Origin: an uncultured Anaerolineales bacterium | Lineage (GTDB): Bacteria > Chloroflexota > Anaerolineae > UBA1429 | Assembly (NCBI GenBank): GCA_964614895.1 | Contig: CAZTMY010000001.1 | Span: forward strand, 1 to 33,954 | Direction: 5' to 3' | DNA: 33,954 bases | Shown: one piece after another, positions 1 through 7,918 of the stretch | Position numbering within the stretch: position 1 is the stretch's first letter | Layout: each line of letters starts with the position of its first letter | Translations under genes and position numbers: made by a program | Notes under the pieces: model-generated | Databases searched by the model: none | Told to the model about the DNA's origin: nothing | The model's input: only the letters and a program-made list of their open reading frames with translations

Positions 1-629
1 GCGTCATCGTGGCCGGCTCGGGCATGCACATCCACCAGAGCCTGGCCCGTGTGGATACTGGGGAGAATGCCTTCTCGGATCCTGACGCACCCTATGGCCT
101 GTCAGAGCTCGCACGCCAATTCATCGCCGGGCAGCTCGCCCACGCTCGGGGCATGTGCGCCGTCCTCGCCCCGCTGGTGAACTCGTACAAGCGACTGGTA
201 TCCGGGTTCGAGGCACCCGTGTATGTCAGTTGGGCCCGCGTGAATCGATCGGCACTGATCCGAGTGCCTCGCGCCACAACGGCCGCTGCCGTTCGCGCCG
301 AACTGCGCTGCCCAGACCCTAGCTGCAACCCGTATCTGGCCGCTGCCGTCATGCTGGCCACCGGGCTGGACGGCATCCGTAACCAGATGCGCATCCCCGA
401 CCCGACCGAGGAGAACCTGTTCGAATCCGAGTCGGCGCGACATGGCCTCACCACCTTGCCCGGCTCGCTAGAAGAGGCCGTGGATGCTTTGGAGCAGGAC
501 CCCGTCGTCCAGGACGCCTTGGGGCCGCACATATATGAGCGATTCGTCGATGCCAAGCGGCAGGAATGGGAAGCGTTCCGCGTCCAGGTGACCGAGTGGG
601 AGCGCCAGCGCTACCTACCTCTCTTCTGA
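1..629 (+). CDS. glnA: Glutamine synthetase, C-terminal catalytic part (5' end lies outside the window; reading frame 3)
   Basis: The frame of ORF 9..629 is open to the window edge. It translates as ...VIVAGSGMHIHQSL..., the GS catalytic-domain GSGMH.H.SL motif, followed by a typical GS C-terminal sequence (NSYKRL, RVP, R.E.R.PD...NPYL). Confidence 0.8.
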   Translation, partial: VIVAGSGMHIHQSLARVDTGENAFSDPDAPYGLSELARQFIAGQLAHARGMCAVLAPLVNSYKRLVSGFEAPVYVSWARVNRSALIRVPRATTAAAVRAELRCPDPSCNPYLAAAVMLATGLDGIRNQMRIPDPTEENLFESESARHGLTTLPGSLEEAVDALEQDPVVQDALGPHIYERFVDAKRQEWEAFRVQVTEWERQRYLPLF

Positions 630-667
630 CAGCAACGTACTTACACCGCCAGAGATGCGAGCTAGCG

Positions 668-689
668 GGAGGGCGCCTCAGCGCCCTCT
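668..689. terminator. GC-rich hairpin between convergent glnA and MFS genes (possible bidirectional terminator)
   Basis: GAGGGCGC (669-676) / loop CTCA / GCGCCCTC (681-688) is a perfect 8-bp stem, extendable by a G-U pair. A T-containing tract follows. It lies in the 89-nt convergent gap. Confidence 0.45.
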
Positions 690-718
690 GGTGATGTGTT
701 GCCCACCGAGCCGTGGAG

Positions 719-2044
719 CTAGCCTTCGCTAGGCAACGCCAGAAACGGCACCGTAGCCAACACCTGCAATCCGGCCACAACGATCAGGGCAGTGCCAAGC
801 CCCAGACCATCCCCCAAGCGCGCCCCGATCAGCGGTCCTACGAACATTGCCAGATTCGCCGCCATACTCCAGACGGCCCCAAACAGCGGCTGTCGCTCAT
901 CCGGGCAGGAAGCCAGCATCAGGTCAAACAACGCGATGTCTATGCCCGGCGCCGATAAGCCCCATACAAGAGCCGCAGGTAGCAGCCAAATCGCCGACGG
1001 CGAGAGCCCGGTCATCAGTACATAGCTCGCGAGGCCCCACGCTCCCGCGAACAGCACTCGACGGTGTCCCCACCGTCCGGCCAAGTGCCCCCACGTCACA
1101 TACCCTACCACCAAGGCCAGCGATCCCAGGGTTGCCCGGAACCCAAGCAAACCGTCCGATGCATGGAGGTTGTTCACCCAGAACAGGCTAAAGAGGGGCG
1201 CTCCCAGGAATAGCGTCACCCGGTACAAACTGGTCGCCAGCAGGTATTTGACAAAGGGGCGATAGCTCAGCGCCGGCCGGACGTACTGAACCAGACGCAG
1301 CCACGGCGAGGAATTTGACTCTAAGCGCGGGATGGGCGTTGGCTCGACCTCTACCCGGCTAAAGATCAACGGGTCGAGCATTGAAAGGGCGAATGAGATC
1401 AGAAACACGATCTGGTAGTTCAGTGGAAACGTGATCCGCTCCAGAAGCTGGCCGAACAGCGCGCTGCCGAGAGCACCCGTCAGGCTCATGATAGCCCATC
1501 GAGCGCCGTTGACCCTAGCGCGCCGCCTGGGAGAAAAGCCCCGCGCCATCACGGACGTCCATGCGGGCAACGCCACTGCCTCGGGGAAAGCCTTGAGCAG
1601 CCAAACGCCTACGAGGATGGGAGCGAGCAGATGGTAGTGGTCTGGCGACACCGCAAAGGGTACGAGGGCAACGAGCAGATAGACGACTCTGATCAGATAG
1701 GCACTTCGAACGCGCACCCGCACCTGATCGGTGCTGCGCTCAGCAATCATGGCGCCAGGTATCAGAAGCCCCGTCGCCAGCAGGGCGGGCGCGGCATTGA
1801 ACCACCCCAAAACTGTCGAAGACGCACCCAGGCGAGCCAAGAACACGGGCAGAAAGGCCATGATGCCGCCCGCCGCAAAGCCGAACATCCCGGTGTTCAG
1901 GTAGAACAGGATCTCGTTGCGATCCTCGCGGGTTTTCGGATGCAACAGGCGACTATGCGCCAGACGCGAGCCCACGAGACGCCAGACATAGGCGAGGGAT
2001 ACAGACATACTCCTCCAAGCGATAGCTGGTTGGCCGTCCGCCAT
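719..2044 (-). CDS. Major facilitator superfamily transporter
   Basis: 441-aa ORF made almost entirely of hydrophobic helices (about 12 predicted by eye), with short Arg-rich loops typical of MFS. Substrate not inferable. Confidence 0.7.
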   Translation of the reverse strand: MADGQPAIAWRSMSVSLAYVWRLVGSRLAHSRLLHPKTREDRNEILFYLNTGMFGFAAGGIMAFLPVFLARLGASSTVLGWFNAAPALLATGLLIPGAMIAERSTDQVRVRVRSAYLIRVVYLLVALVPFAVSPDHYHLLAPILVGVWLLKAFPEAVALPAWTSVMARGFSPRRRARVNGARWAIMSLTGALGSALFGQLLERITFPLNYQIVFLISFALSMLDPLIFSRVEVEPTPIPRLESNSSPWLRLVQYVRPALSYRPFVKYLLATSLYRVTLFLGAPLFSLFWVNNLHASDGLLGFRATLGSLALVVGYVTWGHLAGRWGHRRVLFAGAWGLASYVLMTGLSPSAIWLLPAALVWGLSAPGIDIALFDLMLASCPDERQPLFGAVWSMAANLAMFVGPLIGARLGDGLGLGTALIVVAGLQVLATVPFLALPSEG

Positions 2045-2114
2045 TCTACGCCGTAAGCATAGCGACGCAACTAACCATGGTGCGGTCGTTCGCTATCGGA
2101 GCGCAGCTACACGC

Positions 2115-2143
2115 TTGACGTAGTGACGCCAGGCCCCTAGAGT
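2115..2143 (+). promoter_or_regulatory. Putative sigma70-type promoter for rfbC
   Basis: TTGACG (2115-2120), 17-nt spacer, TAGAGT (2138-2143), about 75 nt upstream of the rfbC ATG. Confidence 0.35.
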
Positions 2144-2219
2144 AGTGGTTACCATCGCCGCCGGGAGAAGCCTACGTATCGGGAGCTCTTGTCATCAGCC
2201 AAACAAGCGAGGCAGTTCT

Positions 2220-2780
2220 ATGCGCGTCATCGATACTGATCTACCAGGACTCTGCATCATCGAGCCTACAGTACACCGAGACAGCCGTGGCTTTTTCATG
2301 GAGAGCTACAACTACCGCGTCTTTGCCGAGCATGGCCTAGATGACGTCTATGTTCAAGACAATCACAGCCTCTCGACGCGCGGCACGCTACGTGGATTGC
2401 ACTACCAGCTCCCACCTGGCCAAGCCAAGCTGGTGCGCGTCGTCGTCGGGCGTGTGTACGACGTCGCCGTAGACATCCGCCACGGCTCACCCACGTACGG
2501 CTCATGGCTAGGGGTCTGGCTCTCGGCCGAGAACAAGCGGCAGCTCTACATCCCTACCGGCTATGCCCACGGGTTCTGCGTCGTCAGCGAACGCGCCGAG
2601 TTCCTCTACAAAGTCACAGGCTACTACAACCCCGACCTAGAGCGCGGTATTGCCTGGGATGATCCCGATCTGGCCATCACCTGGCCCATTGAAGACCCGC
2701 TGCTCTCACCCCGCGATCGCCAACATCCCCGCTTGCGCGATGCCGAGAACACGTGGGTATACGGAGCCTCTGAGACGTGA
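2220..2780 (+). CDS. rfbC: dTDP-4-dehydrorhamnose 3,5-epimerase
   Basis: MRVIDTDLPGLCIIEPTVHRDSRGFFMESYN...LRGLHYQ...KLVRVV.G.VYDVAVD.R..SPTYG is the textbook RmlC cupin sequence. I chose the ATG at 2220 (GAGG 7 nt upstream) over the GTG at 2145 in the track. Confidence 0.9.
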   Translation: MRVIDTDLPGLCIIEPTVHRDSRGFFMESYNYRVFAEHGLDDVYVQDNHSLSTRGTLRGLHYQLPPGQAKLVRVVVGRVYDVAVDIRHGSPTYGSWLGVWLSAENKRQLYIPTGYAHGFCVVSERAEFLYKVTGYYNPDLERGIAWDDPDLAITWPIEDPLLSPRDRQHPRLRDAENTWVYGASET

Positions 2781-2784
2781 CCCA

Positions 2785-3954
2785 TCAGTGACTTGGAGGT
2801 CTCACCCCCGCAGTCAAAGCCCCGTCGGCTGGGGTCTGGAGCTCGCCCAGGCGATCCGGCGCGACGACTCCTCTCTGCGTGATAAAGGCAGCGACCAGGC
2901 TATGGGGCGTCACGTCAAAGGCGGGGTTATGCGCCCTGGCGCCCTCGTGCGCCAGGCGGACGCGCGTGAGCTCACCGCGATCATCCCGACCATAGGCGTA
3001 CAACACCTCTTCCTCTCCCCGCTCCTCGATGGGGATCAGATCGCCCGAGGCGCAGTCCATGTCGATGGTGCTGGTAGGCGCAGCCACGTAAAAGGGAACG
3101 CCGTGTGCCTGGGCGCAGAGAGCCTTCTCATACGTGCCGATCTTGTTTGCCACGTCACCGTTGGCCGCAATGCGATCCGCGCCCACGATGACCATGTCGA
3201 CCTCGCCACGCTGCATCAGATGGCCAGCCGCATTGTCCGCGATGATAGCGTGAGGCACACCCTCACCCTGAAGTTCCCAGGCGGTCAGCCGGGCCCCTTG
3301 GGAGCGAGGCCGAGTCTCGTCCACCCAAACGAACACCTCGATGCCCGCACGGTGCGCGGCATACACGGGGGCCAGAGCGCTGCCCCAGTCCACAAAGGCC
3401 AGCCAACCAGCATTGCAGTGCGTCAAGATGTGCACACCGCTCGCCGCTGGGTCCAGCAGATCCGCAGCATCCTGCTCGCCAGCTAGGCGAGATATCAGCC
3501 CCACGCCCCGCCACCCGATGGCCTCACACCAGGCAGCATCCTCATCGGCGATGGCCTGAGCCTCGCCTACCGCGACCTCCCGCGCCTCGTCCAGCGTGCT
3601 GGCCGCCATCGCCGCCTTGAGCACGCGACTTACGGCGTAGAACAGATTCTGCGCGGTAGGCCGGGTAGCCCGCAATGTCTCCGCGCCACGTTCCAGATAC
3701 GCCCGCCAGCCATCGGCTGGGGCCTCGAGAGCCACCTGAGCCATGCCAAACCCAGCGGCCGCCCCGATAGCTCCAGCGCCTCGAACCACCATGTCCTTGA
3801 TAGCACGAGCGGTGGCTCGGTGGTCCAGAAGATCCACGATCTCAAAGCGGTGGGGTATCAGCGGCTGATTGATCATCTTGACGACGGCCCCACCCCCTGC
3901 CGTTCCCTCCATCCAGACCGTGCGATAGTGGTGACCGTTGACGATCATGCTCAT
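2785..3954 (-). CDS. mtnA: S-methyl-5-thioribose-1-phosphate isomerase (eIF-2B alpha/beta/delta family)
   Basis: Contains INQPLIPHRFE, MVVRGAGAIGAAAGFG, ILTHCNAGWLA, DETRPRSQGARLTAWEL, VGADRIAANGDVANKIGTY and the FYVAAP motif series of MtnA. It carries about 30 extra C-terminal residues. Confidence 0.8.
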   Translation of the reverse strand: MSMIVNGHHYRTVWMEGTAGGGAVVKMINQPLIPHRFEIVDLLDHRATARAIKDMVVRGAGAIGAAAGFGMAQVALEAPADGWRAYLERGAETLRATRPTAQNLFYAVSRVLKAAMAASTLDEAREVAVGEAQAIADEDAAWCEAIGWRGVGLISRLAGEQDAADLLDPAASGVHILTHCNAGWLAFVDWGSALAPVYAAHRAGIEVFVWVDETRPRSQGARLTAWELQGEGVPHAIIADNAAGHLMQRGEVDMVIVGADRIAANGDVANKIGTYEKALCAQAHGVPFYVAAPTSTIDMDCASGDLIPIEERGEEEVLYAYGRDDRGELTRVRLAHEGARAHNPAFDVTPHSLVAAFITQRGVVAPDRLGELQTPADGALTAGVRPPSH

Positions 3955-4019
3955 CTCCTTCGGCTAATAGGTGCTGTCCGTAAGAAGCGGCAGCTCGGTC
4001 TTGGACGAGCGCCACAATG

Positions 4020-4715
4020 CTATTCAAGCCCCTCACTGCTCTCAATAAAGGCGACAATGCCATTCGCGATACCAGCCGCCACGCGACCCTGCTCCTGGGT
4101 CAACAGCGACCGATCGCCGCCCATGAACCCGCACTCGATGATCGCGGCTGGCGTCTCGGGCGCGACCTGGCGAAAGGCATGGTACTGCGTCATATCCTCG
4201 GTCATCGTCTCGGCATGCACGTCGAGGCCCGTCGCCACTCCATAGCTCGTGGTGAGCGCCTCGACCAGCAGATCGTCTCGGCGCGGATCGGGCGAATCGG
4301 CGCCACGCGCAACCTTGTAGCCCGAAAGCTCCACGCAAGAATCGGCATGAATGCTCACCAGCGCATCGGCATGGTACCCTTGCAGCCGCGAGGCGTACTC
4401 TGGCAGGACCTCCACCCGGTAGCCCTGATCCCGTAACAGCCGCTCGACTCGCCGCGCGATAGCGAGATTGAGATCCACCTCGCGCAAGCCGTCGGGACAT
4501 ACAGCGCCGCTATCGCTCTGCCAGTGGCCAGCGATCAGCCCCACCGTAGGAGCGCGGTGCAGTATCCGCTCGGCCGTTGCGCGCACGGCGGGGATCCGAT
4601 ACATAGCCTGGATCGCCAGCACGACCAGAGCCGCTAGGAAGAGCGTACGGATGCCACACCCTATGGCACGTATGGGATTTGCTTGCCTAGCCGCGCCGAC
4701 CCTTCCCGTGCCCAC
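4020..4715 (-). CDS. N-acetylmuramoyl-L-alanine amidase (Amidase_3 type), membrane-anchored
   Basis: N-terminal hydrophobic anchor (LFLAALVVLAIQAM), then GLIAGHWQSDSGA...EVDLNL.IA..V...L...GY.V......ADALVSIHADS...ECGFM, which is characteristic of CwlD/AmiC-type amidases. The start codon (GTG at 4715) is uncertain. Confidence 0.75.
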   Translation of the reverse strand: MGTGRVGAARQANPIRAIGCGIRTLFLAALVVLAIQAMYRIPAVRATAERILHRAPTVGLIAGHWQSDSGAVCPDGLREVDLNLAIARRVERLLRDQGYRVEVLPEYASRLQGYHADALVSIHADSCVELSGYKVARGADSPDPRRDDLLVEALTTSYGVATGLDVHAETMTEDMTQYHAFRQVAPETPAAIIECGFMGGDRSLLTQEQGRVAAGIANGIVAFIESSEGLE

Positions 4716-4814
4716 GCCACCCCCTGCGACATCACTCCGCTGCCAGCCCTGCTCGGGAAGAGTCTATCCAGCGAGGGTTGCCAAGTCAACGGTGATCCCC
4801 TTTGCTAGCCCCGC

Positions 4815-4843
4815 TTGGATCGGCATCCGCCCGGGGCTATAAT
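4815..4843 (+). promoter_or_regulatory. Near-consensus sigma70-type promoter upstream of the rfbD operon
   Basis: TTGGAT (4815-4820), exactly 17 nt, TATAAT (4838-4843). The next + strand gene start is rfbD at 5017, implying a leader of about 165-170 nt. Confidence 0.5.
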
Positions 4844-5016
4844 GCACGCATTAGAGACGGTGGCTTGGCGCGCAGCAACCACGTCTGTCTGGTAAGGGCA
4901 GATGCAGAACGCAACCTAGGGCCGCGCACGCCGCTCGCGACCAAGCCGTGGCTATTATCTAGAGGCTCCGGGACAGCATCGGCGCTACGACGTCGGACAC
5001 AGGGTGGAGGCAGGGC

Positions 5017-5844
5017 ATGCGTATTGCGGTGACGGGCAGCGAAGGTCAACTAGGAAAAGCGATTCAAGCCCTCGTCCCAGAAGACAACCTCCTGCCAATG
5101 GACCTGCCAGAACACGACATCACCGATTTGGCACACACGGTGGAGAGCATCCGCACCTTTGCGCCAGACGTGGTCATCCACACTGCCGCCATCACCGATG
5201 TGGATGGTTGTGAGCGTGACCCCGACCTGGCCTACCGAGTCAATGTCATCGGAACGCGAAACGTCGCCGTCGCCGCTTGCCAGGCAGGTTGCCCCGTGGC
5301 CTATATCAGCACCGACTATGTCTTTGATGGCGCCAAGACCTCGCCCTACCGCGAGTATGACGCTCCCCATCCACTCAGCGTCTATGCCGAGACCAAAGAG
5401 GCCGGCGAGCGCGTGGTGCGCAATCACGCCCCTGCCCACTATATCGTGCGCGTCGCGTGGCTATACGGGGCGGGGCCGCGCAACTTTCCCCAGACGGTGT
5501 TGCGTTTGGCCCGTGAGCGCCGCGAGATGACCATGGTCACTGACGAGATTGGCTCGCCCACCTACGCACACGATGTGGCCCAAGCGCTACTGCAATTGGT
5601 CGCGATGCCCGCCTATGGGACATACCACCTCACGAACGGCGGCGTCTGCTCGCGCTACGAGTTGGCCCAAGCCATCATCGAACTCGCCGGAATCGAGGGC
5701 GTGATGATCCACCCCAGCGAGAATTACCAACGGCTGGCCCGTGTGCCCAAGCGGTGCGAGCTAAAGAATACTATGGCCGCGCAACTGGGTATCCGCATGC
5801 GTCCTTGGCAAGACGCACTTGCTGCCTATATCGAGTCATTGTGA
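5017..5844 (+). CDS. rfbD: dTDP-4-dehydrorhamnose reductase
   Basis: MRIAVTGSEGQLG (Rossmann GxxGxxG)...VVIHTAAITDVDGCE.DPD.AY.VN..G..N.A.A......ISTDYVFDG....Y.E.D...P...YA.TK is classic RmlD. SD GGTGGAGG lies upstream of the ATG. Confidence 0.9.
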   Translation: MRIAVTGSEGQLGKAIQALVPEDNLLPMDLPEHDITDLAHTVESIRTFAPDVVIHTAAITDVDGCERDPDLAYRVNVIGTRNVAVAACQAGCPVAYISTDYVFDGAKTSPYREYDAPHPLSVYAETKEAGERVVRNHAPAHYIVRVAWLYGAGPRNFPQTVLRLARERREMTMVTDEIGSPTYAHDVAQALLQLVAMPAYGTYHLTNGGVCSRYELAQAIIELAGIEGVMIHPSENYQRLARVPKRCELKNTMAAQLGIRMRPWQDALAAYIESL

Positions 5845-5845
5845 G

Positions 5846-6901
5846 ATGAACACAGTCGCGACCTCGGACGAGCCCCGTGCGACACCCGACCACCCCCGGG
5901 CATCAGTCATCATCCCCAACTGGAACGGGTGGCGTTACCTTCGCCCTTGCCTCGCGTCGTTGGCCGCGCAAACCTACCGATGCTTTGAGATCATCGTCGT
6001 AGACAATGCCTCCACGGACGGCTCGGTAGAGGCGGTGCGACGCGAGTTCCCCAACGTGCGAGTGCTGGCACTCACGAGGAACGGGGGCTACAGTGCCGGT
6101 TGTAACGCGGGCGTCCGAGAGGCGCGCGGCGAGATCGTCGTCTTTCTGAATAACGACATCGAGGCCGAGCCCACCTGGCTGGAGGCCCTCCTAGATGCCT
6201 TGGATCGGCACCCCGACGCGGGGTCTGCTGCCTCGCGAATGATGCTCTACGATCAGCCCACGCACATCCACTCTGCCGGCGACACCTATGGGGTGGATGG
6301 CTTGCCGGACTCGCGGGGTGTCTGGCAGCCGTATGGGCCGCCATACGATCTCGAGCGCTATGTCTTTGGTGGGTGTGGAGGAACGCTAGCCTACCGCAAA
6401 GACGTGCTGGATGAGATTGGCCTGTTCGATGAGACATTCTTCATGTACTGCGAAGACGTGGATCTGAACTGGCGAGCGCAACTGGCTGGCTATCGCTGCA
6501 TCTACACGCCCGATGCCGTGGTACGCCACCACCTCTCGGCGACGGGAGGCGGCAGCCTGTCCAGCTACTATGTGGGACGAAACACCCTCTGGGTAATCGC
6601 CCGCAACTACCCACCCGAGCTGCTGCGACGTCACCGCGGCCAAGTGTTGAGGGCTCAGTGGCGCATCGCCAAGGATGCCCTTCGGTCCTTCCGGGGCAAG
6701 GCTGCTCGAGCACGTCTGCGGGGCCAGATTGTGGGCCTGCTGACCGCATGGCGGTGGCATGCCTATCGTCGAAAGCTCATGGCTCGGCGCAGGGTCTCGG
6801 ATGCCTATATAGCATCGATCCTCGAGCATCCCGATAGCTCGAATGTCCAATGCCAGGGGGCGGCAACCACGGATGATCAGGGAGCACGGCACAATGGCTG
6901 A
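5846..6901 (+). CDS. Family 2 glycosyltransferase (WbbL-like, possibly a rhamnosyltransferase)
   Basis: SVIIPNWNG..YL..CL.SL..QTY..FEIIVVDNASTDGS......F..V.....RNGGYSAGCN.G......E.VVFLNNDIE is a GT2 Rossmann-like domain with DxD-type motifs. The ATG at 5846 lies 1 nt after the rfbD stop. Confidence 0.8.
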   Translation: MNTVATSDEPRATPDHPRASVIIPNWNGWRYLRPCLASLAAQTYRCFEIIVVDNASTDGSVEAVRREFPNVRVLALTRNGGYSAGCNAGVREARGEIVVFLNNDIEAEPTWLEALLDALDRHPDAGSAASRMMLYDQPTHIHSAGDTYGVDGLPDSRGVWQPYGPPYDLERYVFGGCGGTLAYRKDVLDEIGLFDETFFMYCEDVDLNWRAQLAGYRCIYTPDAVVRHHLSATGGGSLSSYYVGRNTLWVIARNYPPELLRRHRGQVLRAQWRIAKDALRSFRGKAARARLRGQIVGLLTAWRWHAYRRKLMARRRVSDAYIASILEHPDSSNVQCQGAATTDDQGARHNG

Positions 6902-7661
6902 TCCATACCTTTCCGTGGTAGTGCCCTGCTACAACGAGAAAGAAAACCTGCAGCGCGGCGTCCTGCAGGAGATGCACGCCTACCTCTCGCGTCAGCCGTG
7001 GTCCTACGAGGTGATTGTCTCCGACGACGGCAGCACCGACGCCAGCCGCGACCTCGTGCGCCAGGCGATAGCCGAGCTGCCCCAATTCCGCCTGCAAGCG
7101 AACCCACACCGCGGCAAGCCCGGAGCTGTTTGGGCGGGCATCCAAGCTGCTCGGGGCGAGCTCGTGCTATTTGCCGACATGGACCAATCCACGCCCATCG
7201 ACCAGCTCGACGCGCTGTTGCCAATGTACGCATCCGGCTATGATGTCGTCATCGGGTCGCGTGGCGTCCAGCGAGCCAACTTTAGCTGGTACCGGCGCCT
7301 AGGGTCAGCGATCTTTCGTACACTGCGACGCCTCCTGATGCTGCGTGACATTTCGGATACGCAGTGCGGCTTCAAATCCATGCGACGATCCGTGGCCTTG
7401 GAGCTCTTCCCGCGGCTGGACGCCATTCGCCACGCCGGAGAGGTGACAGGCTGGAAAGTGACCGCGTTCGACGTCGAGCTGCTCTACCTTGCCGAACGGG
7501 CCGGCTATGACATCGCCGAGGTGACCGTTGCCTGGGCGAACCGTGATACCGCTACGGGCAAGGGCAAGAGCTACCTGTGCGAATCCAAGGAGATGATCGC
7601 GCAGATCTGCCGTATCAAGTGGAACGAGATCCGCGGTCGCTACCAGCAGGACGCTCAGTAG
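6894..7661 (+). CDS. Family 2 glycosyltransferase (polyprenol-phosphate sugar transferase / DPM1-like)
   Basis: LSVVVPCYNEKENL......E.......PWSYEVIVSDDGSTD.S......GKPGAV..G...A.GELVLFADMDQSTP...L...DVVIGSR...RR......DTQCGFK is a typical DPM1/GtrB-like GT2. The ATG at 6894 overlaps the upstream stop (ATGGCTGA). Confidence 0.8.
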   Translation: MADPYLSVVVPCYNEKENLQRGVLQEMHAYLSRQPWSYEVIVSDDGSTDASRDLVRQAIAELPQFRLQANPHRGKPGAVWAGIQAARGELVLFADMDQSTPIDQLDALLPMYASGYDVVIGSRGVQRANFSWYRRLGSAIFRTLRRLLMLRDISDTQCGFKSMRRSVALELFPRLDAIRHAGEVTGWKVTAFDVELLYLAERAGYDIAEVTVAWANRDTATGKGKSYLCESKEMIAQICRIKWNEIRGRYQQDAQ

Positions 7662-7877
7662 GCAGCTCCCATTACGCTGATAGCCATTTGCGTATCCTGC
7701 CTAGTAGCCCAGATGACGCGATCGCGGTTCGCACTCGTACGCGCGTTCAGCAAGCGAGATGGGGTTTCACAGCGCCCCAACATCCATCCTAGCTCGGCTG
7801 CAATCGCTGACCGGCGGTGCCGGAGCTTGGGCAGCCTCCTCGCGTCCCGTACTGCAAGCACCGGCGCAGCCACAATT

Positions 7878-7906
7878 TTGACGCAAGCGTTCAGACCACG
7901 TAAAAT
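7878..7906 (+). promoter_or_regulatory. Putative sigma70-type promoter giving a near-leaderless diguanylate cyclase mRNA
   Basis: TTGACG (7878-7883), 17 nt, TAAAAT (7901-7906). The first ATG of the ORF is at 7919, only 12 nt after the -10 element. Confidence 0.45.
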
Positions 7907-7918
7907 CGCTTAACTGTC

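Noticed and set aside
2781-2784. Convergent rfbC and mtnA stop codons only 4 nt apart, with no terminator
   Set aside because: This is real but ordinary genome compaction. It implies read-through antisense transcription, but nothing in the sequence suggests a specific mechanism.
4802-5032. 76-aa + strand ORF within the rfbD leader
   Set aside because: It starts upstream of the predicted -10 element, is Arg/Gly/Ala-rich, has no SD and overlaps the rfbD start out of frame. I treated the region as a non-coding leader.
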